Part shown: positions 11,536 to 21,959 of the stretch, one piece after another
Layout of the letters: every line of letters begins with the position of its first letter
Position numbering within the stretch: position 1 is the stretch's first letter
NCBI RefSeq assembly: GCF_964355755.1
Contig: NC_092678.1
Coordinates: forward strand, 11,282,352-11,346,351
DNA from: Antedon mediterranea
Lineage: Eukaryota; Animalia; Echinodermata
DNA length: 64,000 nt
Direction of reading: 5' to 3'
Notes under the pieces: model-generated
Told to the model about the DNA's origin: nothing
Database searches by the model: none
Seen by the model: only the letters and a program-made list of their open reading frames with translations
Position numbers and translations under genes: made by a program

Positions 11536-13136
11536 GTATAGTATGCTGGCCTATTAATTAATTTTAAATAATTGGTTTATGTAAGCCTGCCCTTTTATAA
11601 AAAACAAATCAGTTCCCCTGGCTGACTGTAATGATTCTTAATGAATTGAAATTATTCCTACATCTTTCTAAATGTTTTAATTATTAATATAGACAGGTTC
11701 CATTTCTCAAAAAACGGCCTAGAAAACGAATCAAGAAGCATTGGGTAGAAGCTGGGATCCACTTGATTTAGGATATTTCGACCTCGCTGATTACGAAATG
11801 GCGGATCCCAAGCGAAATTCGGCCATCTAAGCCCTTAATTTGCATAATTAAAAATGGCGGCCATTTTTTATAATTACCCTATATCTCGAGAACCACTAGT
11901 CACAGATAATTAATTTTGGTGTCAAAATGTTTTAAATATATGATTTTATATTCACTTTAATGACACATTTTGTCAAAAAATGGATGCAAGTCTTATTTCT
12001 GACATTTTGACCTTTGACCTTGATTTATCATATCTCAGTAACCAATAATCGGAGAGACACGAAATAAATTGTTCAGAAACTATACATTCATATTTATTAT
12101 AATATATATTTTTACAAAAAATGGCCAATTCTACAACTATTGACCTTTGAACTATTAGTCAAATATAATTAATAATATAACTCTGAAAATGTTGGTCTTA
12201 TGACATTTTTTTTCTTTTTAAATTATTTAAAACATGTGTTTCTATCCAGTCTAATGGCACATTTTGTACAAGAATGGCCGATAGTATTGTTATTGACCTT
12301 TGAACTACAGCATAGGCCTACTGTATAATAAATATAATATAATTGCATAATTATGAAATTATTTACAGTATACACAATAATAATTAGTAAAATTATAAAA
12401 TTCACTGCCATCAAATATGATGTGTTATGATTTATATAGATTTTTTTTTTTGATTTTTTAAATTGAACACGCAAGTATACATTTGGAAATTACCTGCCAT
12501 CAATATGATGGAGCATGATATAGATTTTTTTTAATGTGAACATGTCAGCTACATTTGGAAATTACCTGCCATCAATATGATGGATTATGATTATAGATTA
12601 AAACAAGAAATATTTTTTACAAAAAACTGGACAGTTGTAAGAACAGTCTTCATTAATTTAATATAATAGGTCGGCCAATCAAAACGCAAGTGAACAATTG
12701 GGACTTTACTTGTGATTTATGTCATTGGCCTGTCAGCACAGTCATTTCTTTCTAGAATTAAACACACAAACTTGTATTGGGAATAATTTATGTTTATGTG
12801 GTTATTACTATCACATTTAGGTATTGATAATAATAATAATATGGCTTTTGAATATATAATTACTGTCTGTAGAATAACATTTATACATTTTCGGTTCGCG
12901 ATGAAAAGTTATATGAATGGATTTGTAATAGGTATTTATAATAATAGTATATGGGTTTTATTATTGCTAAGCTATCACCAAATCGCGTTATACCATTATT
13001 TCTCAGGGTTTTTTGCACCATTGATCAATACCAAACGCTTATCGGTATTATAGTTTTTAGTGAATCATTACATTAATAAAAATACCCAATTAAATCAATC
13101 GCGTCAGTCCAATTCCGACTTATGTTTCGATCACAT

Positions 13137-13286
13137 AGTTCTGTGTCTACACTGTCCCAACTAGTTTAACAAAAAAAGTGTGATGTGCCCAAATATGGTA
13201 GTGATATGCCCGAATATCGTAGTGGACATCATCATGTCTATATAATATGGGCACATCATATTTAGTTTGATAGTATAGACAGAGCT
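13137..13286. mobile_element. Small PIF/Harbinger-type MITE
   Basis: TIRs AGTTCTGTGTCTACACT / AGTATAGACAGAGCT followed by TAA; internal GTGATGTGCCC / GGGCACATCAT inverted pair. Confidence 0.6.
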
Positions 13287-13312
13287 TAAGGATTATATTT
13301 TAAAAATGTTTT

Positions 13313-13535
13313 CTTACATTTTGAAAAAAAGTATTTATTTGTTTATACGCCCAATTTTCCAGTCTTAATTTTACATTTTGAAAAAAAAGTATTTTATTTG
13401 TTGATAAGCCCAATTGTGCAGTCTTATTTTACATTTTGAACGAAAGTATTTATTTGTTGATAAGCCCAATTTTGCAGTCTTATTTTACATTTTAAACGAA
13501 AGATTTATTTGTTGATAAGCCGAATTTCCAGTTTA
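13313..13535. repeat. ~56-bp minisatellite (4 units; further units at ~13700 and 14095-14420)
   Basis: TTACATTTTGAACGAAAGTATTTATTTGTTGATAAGCCCAATTTTGCAGTCTTA repeated. Confidence 0.85.
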
Positions 13536-14462
13536 ATAATAATGACCCCTTCCACAGTGCTTATACCATATAAATTTTACATGATATTGACCGTGGGTTC
13601 TTTACGCCTCTGATGCATTTGTTTTTATTGTACCTTTTTAATAAATTATTATATGTTTAGGCCTAATCACACCCAATTTAATGAAATGGTCAGATTCCGA
13701 TTTCAATTGAACGAAAGTAGTACTGTATTTATTATTCATTGATAAGCCAAGGGTCCCATGGCGTTAGCCAATATCTTGAGCATTTGACTCATGTGTCAAC
13801 CTGTAACACAAATCATTCTTCAAAATCTAAAGAAAGAACCTCACACGTCTTTTTTTGTGAGTGATATGATACACTATGGATATGCCCACGGAAATAATAT
13901 GTGGACATTGCAAACAATCATAGGCCTACAGTAACAAACATAACATGGCTAATAAGCATAACATTCAGACTTGTTTGTTTTCTAGTGGATTTTTATTTAC
14001 TTTAGCATGTAGAATAAAACTAGTAACAGTGGCTATATTAATAATTATTATACTGATTATCCTTGATATTATAGCGTCTAATAATAAAATATTTTGTTGT
14101 TGATAAGCCCAATTTTTTAGCCTTGATTTTACATTTTTAACGAAAGTATTTATTTGTTGATAAGCCCAATTTTGCAGTCTTAATAATGACCCTTCCACAG
14201 TGCATTTTACATGATATTGACCGAGGGTTTTTACGCCTCTATAGCCACTGATCAATACCACAATTAATGTACTTTTTTAAATGAATATTGAAATGTTTCA
14301 ACATACCCAATTCAAAAAAACGGTCCGTTTTCGAGTTCAATCTTTTGATTAGAGAGGTTGGAGTTTCATTTTGAACAAAAGTATTTATTTGATTGATAAG
14401 CCAAATTTCTAGTCCTAATTATTTGAGATTCAACGGGTTTTGCTTTCAATTGTATAATAATA

Positions 14463-14466
<4 letters not shown>

Positions 14467-14510
<44 letters not shown>
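14467..14510. repeat. (TA)n microsatellite
   Basis: Direct observation. Confidence 0.98.
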
Positions 14511-14517
<7 letters not shown>

Positions 14518-14743
14518 GTATAATTATGAATTCACCAACACTTTCAGGCCCACTAACAATGATCCCGGGCCCGCGTTTTTGTAGACCGGACTTCCATGCA
14601 CAGCCACATGTTAAGGAATATGAATCTCTTTATGATTTTAATATGGTTCGAAATGATATTACACAACAACGATTAGACAGCAACTGTGCAAGAGTCCAAC
14701 TAATAAAATCGGAATGATCAATTAATTGAACATTTACAGCATA

Positions 14744-15104
14744 AGGCCCATACACTAGGACGATAACGATCAACGATAAATAGACAAATGTGCATTTTTA
14801 ATACATAAACCAAAAGAAATATAAACAATTCCTTTGATGAAAATTATATTTTCACACGTCCAATCAAATGACGTCATGATTAGTAAGACCAATAATATCG
14901 TGACAATACAGCGATTTTATTGTTTTTATTTATCATGACGTCATTTGATTGGAATTTGAAAAACATTATTTTTATCAAAGACAGCATAAATGATTATCCT
15001 ATAGGTCTAGAACGAAAACCTTTCTAATTTCTTTTGGTTTATGTTAAAAAAATGCATGCTATATATTTATCGTCCGTCGTTATCGTCATAGTGTAATTGA
15101 GCCT
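14744..15104. mobile_element. Palindromic PIF/Harbinger-type MITE
   Basis: TIRs AGGCCCATACACTAGGACGATAACGA / TCGTTATCGTCATAGTGTAATTGAGCCT; inverted similarity continues to the centre (CCAATCAAATGACGTCATGA / TCATGACGTCATTTGATTGG). Confidence 0.75.
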
Positions 15105-15632
15105 TTATACAAAAAAAAATAAATTGATTACGAAGTTACATGTCATTTTCACCTATCACAAAAAAACTAACCTTTTCAACACTAATTAATTGTTACGAAG
15201 CCAATTTATATTATATATTTCATTAAAACTGAACTTTACGGTAAATGAAGAGTAAGTATCAGTTAATATGAATAATATAACTAGTAGGTCTATGAACTTG
15301 CATCCAGACACAGAACTGTGACATTACTATCATAAATGTTGAAACCACTTATAAAACCTTTTTTTAAAGAAAATATAATTGTGTTAGGAGAAGGCTAATA
15401 AACAAATAGATAATGTACAAACCTTTTTCTGGATTAATTAATGGAGCAGGCGTTCCTATACTAATAATCTGCTGCTGCTACCTAGACTGATTGTTCACCT
15501 TCTGACGATAATTGATTGGGCCCCCCACAGCATCTGATAACCAAAAAAAATTTACCAGGACTGTTTCAATGATTTAATATCTGACGGCGTATTATTATAA
15601 CATTGGCCTAGATTGACAGTCAAAAGAAAGTC

Positions 15633-16030
15633 ATTGTAAATACCTCCCTTTTTGTTGACAGAGCCAAAATAAAGTTTTGACCATTATCGAATGATTGTTT
15701 GACAGTGACTTATTATAATACCGGCCTGGTTGACAGCAAAAACGAAGTTATTATTTATTGAACAAGATTTTACAGATTTCCGTCTACATCTCAATAATAC
15801 TGTATTATCAGCAAAGGCTTTCATATAGACTCTCTTCTCCCAGACGTTTTTTGGGTCCAGCAGCTACCTATAAATCATAGTCGAGTTTCCAAATTCACAA
15901 AACTGTCAGCCTTAGATACTAAAGCTACCGCTATGAAACAGCTTATTAATGAATGTGTCCTCCTGGGACATAGCTGGCTAGAGCCGCGGCGCGAAAAAGG
16001 TGAACACGTAAGCTACATTTGGAAATTACC
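15633..16030. repeat. 398-bp direct duplication, copy 1
   Basis: Appears identical by eye to 16881-17278. Confidence 0.95.
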
Positions 16031-16034
16031 AGAC

Positions 16035-16880
16035 GGGTGCAGGTCAAGTCGGCCCTAAACCGTCTCGGCCAAAGTCAAGTCGGCCCCACGTCAAGTCGGC
16101 CCCAAGTCAACTCGGCCCCAAGTCAACTCGGCCTCAAGTCAACTCGGCCTCACGTCAACTCGGCCAAAAACTAATCGGTCAACTCGGCCACAATAAAGTA
16201 TGGAATGCAAAAAGTGCTTAATATTATTATGATTCTTACTATCCACGCTTTAAAAAAAATGAATAAAAAAAAAAATATAATTAAATAATATCATATAAAA
16301 AAATGAACTCATTGCCAATATGAATATAAGTACCCACGTGCAGGTACCGCATTTTAGTAAATCGAAGACGGAGGCCTACGTTCCACCATTTGGCCATAGA
16401 AAAAATGATTGTACATCGTTTTTGTCCATGATTTGCGTTTAAAAAAAAGGGGAATACCCCGGTCAGTGAAAACACGTAGCAGTTGTAGATATCGAAAAAG
16501 CTGCCAAAGGCGCAGGGAGGCGCAGCTACGAATTGTTTTCAATTGTGCAATTTGAAATTTTGTTAAACGTATTAATAAAGGAAAGTTGGTGAAATCATTC
16601 CTATTTTTTTGCTAAATATATTATTGTCTAAATATTAATATTCATTAAAAGTCAGAATTATTTATAGTTAAAAAATTGTGATGAAATATTATTTTATCAA
16701 TCCCCTTCATTTGCACTTTTTGCGTTCCATACTTTAACGGGGCCGAGTTTACCGATTATTTTTTAGCCGAGTTGACGTGAGGCCGAGTTGACTTGAGGCC
16801 GAGTTGACTTGAGGCCGAGTTGACTTGAGGCCGACTTGACTTTGGCCGAGACGGTTTAGGGCCGACTTGGATCGAAACCC
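16035..16880. mobile_element. Mutator-like MITE with TIRs built from 16-bp AAGTCAACTCGGCC(T/C)C repeats
   Basis: Ends GGGTGCAGGTCAAGTCGGCCCTAAACC / GGTTTAGGGCCGACTTGGATCGAAACCC; second copy at 39410-40060 in opposite orientation. Confidence 0.88.
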
Positions 16881-17278
16881 ATTGTAAATACCTCCCTTTT
16901 TGTTGACAGAGCCAAAATAAAGTTTTGACCATTATCGAATGATTGTTTGACAGTGACTTATTATAATACCGGCCTGGTTGACAGCAAAAACGAAGTTATT
17001 ATTTATTGAACAAGATTTTACAGATTTCCGTCTACATCTCAATAATACTGTATTATCAGCAAAGGCTTTCATATAGACTCTCTTCTCCCAGACGTTTTTT
17101 GGGTCCAGCAGCTACCTATAAATCATAGTCGAGTTTCCAAATTCACAAAACTGTCAGCCTTAGATACTAAAGCTACCGCTATGAAACAGCTTATTAATGA
17201 ATGTGTCCTCCTGGGACATAGCTGGCTAGAGCCGCGGCGCGAAAAAGGTGAACACGTAAGCTACATTTGGAAATTACC
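16881..17278. repeat. 398-bp direct duplication, copy 2
   Basis: Appears identical by eye to 15633-16030. Confidence 0.95.
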
Positions 17279-17770
17279 TGCCATCAATATGATGGATTAT
17301 GATTATAGATTTAAAAAAAGGTGAACATGTAAGCTACATTTGGAAATTACCTGCCATCAATATGATGGATTATGATTATAGATTTTAAAAAGAATTTGAA
17401 CACGTAAGCTACATTTGAAAATTACATTCAAATGTAGCTTACGTGTTCACATTTTTTTTTAAATCTATAATCATAATCCATCATATTGATGGCAGGTATT
17501 TCCAAATTTCCAAATGTAGCTGACATGTTCAAATTCTTTTTTAAATCTATTATCATAATCCATCATATTGATGGCAGGTAATTTCCAAATGTAGCTGACA
17601 TGTTCACATTTAAAAAAATCTATAATCATATTCCATCATATTGATGGCAGGTAATTTCCAAATGTAGCTGACATGTTCACATTTAAAAAAATCTATAATC
17701 ATATTCCATCATATTGATGGCAGGTAATTTCCAAATGTAACTTGCGTGTTCAATTTTGTTTAAATCTATA
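17245..17770. repeat. ~73-bp minisatellite that flips orientation at ~17424 (centre of the Academ-like foldback)
   Basis: GTGAACA(C/T)GTAAGCTACATTTGGAAATTACCTGCCATCAATATGATGGATTATGATTATAGATT is forward to ~17420 and reverse complement after; the same unit occurs at 12460-12600. Confidence 0.9.
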
Positions 17771-17832
17771 TAAATCATAACACATCATATTTGATGGCAG
17801 TGAATTTTATAATTTTACTAATTATTATTGTG

Positions 17833-18007
17833 CAGGGAATAATTTCGCCAGTGTAGCATAGCAAAAAGCTATACAAAACAACCTTTTTGCTACACATTTC
17901 TACAATTGTGTAGCAAAAAATACAATACAAAAATATTTTTCTTCACTAAAAAATAAGTTTGATTAGCAATTTTGCTAAACAAAATTTTCAAATGAAATTT
18001 TTCCCTG
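17833..18007. mobile_element. Small hAT-like MITE with 5-bp TSD (hAT5-like)
   Basis: CAGGGAATAATTTC / GAAATTTTTCCCTG termini; TTGTG duplicated at 17828-17832 and 18008-18012; the left arm of the host lacks it. Confidence 0.8.
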
Positions 18008-18771
18008 TTGTGTATAAATAATTTCATAATTATGCAATTATATTATATTTATTATACAGTAGGCATATGCTGTAGTTCAAAGGTCAATAACCATACTATC
18101 GGCCATTCTTGTACAAAATGTGCCATTAGATACGATAAATCAAGGTCAAAGGTGAAAATCTCAGAAATAGGACTTGCATCCATTTTTTGACAAAATGTGT
18201 CATTAAAGTGAATATAATATAAAATCATATATTTAAACATTTTGACACCAAAATTAATTATCTGTGACTAGTGGTTCTCGAGATATAGGGTAATTATAAA
18301 AAATGGCCACCATTTTTAATTATGCAAATTAAGGGCTTAGAGGGCCGAATTTCGCTTGGGATCCGCCATTTTCGTAATCAGCGAGGTTGAAATATCCTAA
18401 ATCAAGTGGATCCCAGCTTCTACCCAAAAATGCTTCTTGCACCATATTTCAGAGGAAATAGAACTTGCCTAATAATATTTATAGCATGTATAAATAAAAA
18501 AATGTGTAGGCCTTTTTTGTAAACAGTGATAAGAACATACTATTACTGGTAAACATGTGCATTATTAATGTTAGATGGACATTTATGTTATTTGTGCTAT
18601 ATTTAATAGAATCATCATTGAAATCATGCCCCATCTAAATTAGTAAATCCAGTTTATTCAGTAACAATCATTCACAATTACAGAGCTTTACATATGCGCA
18701 GGAAAATTTGAAATTTTTTTTTATGCTAAGTGGTCACTATACTACTATAAATTATTTTAAAATCTAATTAG

Positions 18772-18883
18772 ACCTTCTGCGTTGTGGGTACTTCCATTGC
18801 TGCAGATTCTGATGCTGAGGCTTCAAATCAAAGTGACACTGACATTCCTTCCTGCAGTCATCAGTCATTTGAAAAGCTGTATG
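18772..18883 (+). pseudogene. Putative exon 2 of hAT transposase
   Basis: TTAG acceptor; acidic/Ser-rich GTSIAADSDAEASNQSDTDIPSCSHQSFEKLY; phase-1 donor G|GTATAG matches the next acceptor. Confidence 0.5.
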
Positions 18884-18998
18884 GTATAGTTCCCATATTT
18901 TATTTTTCATGTGTATAATAATGAAACTGTATGTATATTTATTAAATGATGATTGTTGTAATATTAATAGTAAGCCATATTGTCCTTTTCTTTTGTAG

Positions 18999-20970
18999 AT
19001 GACCTGGGCTATTTCATTGATAAAAGATAAATTGAAAGAGATGAGTGACGCCTAGACTTTACATTTGCTGCAAAAGCATTTTAAACCAGAAGATATACTT
19101 TCCCGACTGTCTTTATGAATGGCTGCAACCGTTCATTCAGATATTCTTGGATTGAAAGGTATCCATGGATTGTGTACAGTACAAAGCATGATGGTGTTTT
19201 CTGTATTTACTGTGCCCTTTTTACAAAGGACCGATGTAATAGAGTCTCTTGTAAATCAACCATTCACTAAGTGGACACGAAGTTCTTCAAAATCACACAT
19301 TAATGCCATAACAGATGCTGAAATATTTCAAGAGAGTTTGAAGCACGCAGATAAAGCCATTCCATGAATGCTCAATAAAAAGGCAGAACAGATGATGCAT
19401 GAAAATCAAGGCAATAATTTTTTGTGGAAGACAGTGCATCGCTTTAAGGGGAGATGCAGAAGCACTTGATCAGCCAGGAAATCTAGGTAATTTTTTGGCA
19501 ATACTGAAATTAATAAGTAAAAACAATATAGTTCTTAAAGATCATCTCAGTAATACAAGGCTAAAGAATGCGAAATATATATCCCCAGCCCTGACATTCA
19601 AAACCAGTTGATCAACAAAATAGGTGAGGATATTTTACAAGCTAAATTAATTGATGAAGTAAGAGGCTAAACTGTATTCAATTATGGCTGATGAGGTGAC
19701 CACACACAACAAAGAACAATTATCCATATGTTTGCGATTTGTGTACAGTGAAAAAAATGTGCGTGAAGATTTCCTGTCATTTGTTTCCGTTACTAGAACT
19801 ACTGGTGAGGCAATAGCAAACACATTGTTAAGAACATTGCAACATGTTGGCCTGCCAATTGAAAATTTAAGGGGTCAAGGTATAATGGTGCAGCAGCCAT
19901 GTCTAGTGGAGCTGTTGATGTCCAAGCTAGGATACGCAGAGAAGCCCCACTAGCTGTGTATACCCATTGCAGCAATCATTGTCTTAATTTAGTTTTAGCA
20001 CATGCATCAGCTATAACACCAGTCAGAAATATGTTGGACAAGCTAAAAAATAGCAGTCCCAAGCATGATGCCCTTCTAACTAATATTATTAGAACAGGCT
20101 GTAATCCACACGACACATCAAGGAGAAAGTCACTACTTGACCTGTGTAAAACAAGGTGGGCACAGCGACACAAGTCACTCCATCTGTGATTTTCAGTTCA
20201 TTATAACTTTTTTAATTGTATACAAACTTTTGTCCCGTCTCCAGGGAATTGCAGTTCTTTTGCAAAAAGAAGCAAGAGATAACAATGATAGAAGAGGTCA
20301 AGTTGGAGTAATTAGAAGCAACTTCGAAAAATATTTTGAAGGGGTTTACATTCAACCATGCAGTTGATATGGCAGCTTCAGTTGGCACTGAACCAAAAGC
20401 ACAAAGGATAGCTAAGAAACAGACTCATCGTGAGAATGCAGATTCAAATGGTCCTTTGCAGCACTATCTTCGAAATATTGGCATTTCATTTATTGATCAC
20501 ATTATTGTAGAACTTGATGTCAAATTCTCAGATATTTCTACAAAAGCATCCAAATTGTGTGTACTAGTTCCAGGTGTTTTCCTTTCTAAGGATGCAAGTG
20601 TTAGCTTTGACGACATCAAAGGTTCTGCGGAGTTGTACAGAAATGATTTACCTAGCCCTGAAGTTCTTGAAGATGATTTTTTAGGTTGGCAACTGAAATT
20701 TAAAAATGTACCATCTGAACATATACAACTGTGCTGATGCACTAAAGCATTGCAACGAAGTGCAGTTTCCAAACATTTTTTTATTACTTAAGATTGCCTG
20801 TGTCATTCCAGTAACGTCATGTATTTGTGAGCGCAGCTTCAGTGCCATGAGAAGACCGAATACCTATATGCGGTGCAGTATGGGTCAGGATCGATTAAGT
20901 ACGCTTGCATTAATGCATACATTATGACAGGGAGATTTTGATAGATGATGTTATTGATATGTTTTGTGTG
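18999..20970 (+). pseudogene. hAT transposase main exon (TTF-type Zn finger, DUF4371-like, catalytic core, hAT dimerisation domain); many frameshifts and stops
   Basis: Acceptor TTTTCTTTTGTAG; motifs RSFRYSWIERYPWIVYSTKHDGVFCIYCALF, ALRGD...GNFLAIL, IMADEVT...EQLSICLRFV, YTHCSNHCLNL, CKTRW, PVTSCICERSFSAMRR...RCSMGQDRLSTLALMH. Confidence 0.92.
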
Positions 20971-21039
20971 TGTGTCCAAGTTCAATTTAAAAAAGGCTGT
21001 TAGTTTTTAATTTATAGTCAATTTAAGAATTTCAGAAAA

Positions 21040-21268
21040 TTACGAGTACACTACTCAAGTATATTTTCATTAAACCAATGTCGGGTGCACAACTACATAT
21101 GTATGTGCACCTAGTGGCCGAGTTACAGCTGAACTTTTTCGCTGCGAGACACAAAAAATGAGCAGAAAAAGGGAAATTTTTTACAATAACAATAGGCTAT
21201 CGCTTAAAAATAGCCTAAAAAAAGACCCTGACAATAACAAGGGGTTGTCCGCCAAGTGCGGATAACAT
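21040..21268 (-). mobile_element. 5' fragment of a Helentron-associated element (HINE)
   Basis: CAATAACAAGGGGTTGTCCGCCAAGTGCGGATAAC hairpin/subTIR as at 39221-39257 and 63018-63053. Confidence 0.7.
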
Positions 21269-21950
21269 ACTAGATTTGAACTCGTCACTTTGACGAGTTC
21301 GGGTTGTCCGCGCAAACGCCATATGCACATACATTAAAATATGAAAGCCGAAAATGATTTTTCCATCCTATTACATGAATTAAATATGTTTACAGGGCTG
21401 AATTTTACCTATTTTGTGTCCTAAAGCAAAACAGTACTTACGGAATATACTGTATGTTATATACAGTGTAGCATAGATGCAATTATGAGACCCATCTTTT
21501 AATACAATTTTTAACATGATAATGTCATTAAAATGTAACATAAAGATAGCAATTTTAGAAGATAATTATCTAGATAATTACATTAATGAAAGTTTGAAAC
21601 AGTTTAGACACGAAAAAGCGAGATGCACGCTATTTTAAATGAGTTGAATGAATTTTTACGAAAGAGATAAAAACCTGACCTTTTGAATTCAACTGGCCTA
21701 TGATGAAGTTATGACCTCAGATAGACAACATTTTTATATGAATTCATATCTAAAATTCAACAGCTTCCATAATAAGTTTTATTCATGTGGGTCACTTTTT
21801 ATTCCGAGGAACTATAACAGATTGAAATATACTGTAAAGATGAAATTAAGTAATCACATTATTCTAATTTTTTAATATGATGATGTAATGAAAGTCATAT
21901 TGTTAACTTGGCACCAATTAGTCACAGGCTTGATTGCATTTGACTTCATT
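21269..21950 (-). mobile_element. 3' part of a HINE (head-to-tail with the preceding fragment)
   Basis: ACTAG...AACTCGTCACTTTGACGAGTT stem-loop, then GGTTGTCCGC subTIR; body similar to 37647-38300. Confidence 0.75.
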
Positions 21951-21959
21951 GAATTTCCT

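Larger units (their letters stand above)
11690..18471. mobile_element. 6.8-kb non-autonomous Academ-like foldback element in intron 1 of the hAT transposase
   Basis: TAG...CTA termini (TAGACAGGTTCCATTTC / GAAATAGAACTTGCCTA), 3-bp TSD ATA, ~900-bp inverted arms (11690-12600 vs ~17430-18471). Confidence 0.8.
10655..20970 (+). mobile_element. Decayed autonomous hAT transposon (ZMYM1/THAP12-like transposase), interrupted by an Academ-like element
   Basis: hAT-like subterminal AGCCAGGGGGGTTCGTAGGGTTCGAAACCCCC at ~10657, promoter-like region, three transposase exons; right TIR not found. Confidence 0.6.

Noticed and set aside
16040-16190. CRISPR-like regular short repeats (also 3245-3340, 36180-36255, 39420-39550)
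   Set aside because: Tandem 15-16 bp subrepeats of MITE TIRs with no unique spacers, no cas genes, and a eukaryotic context
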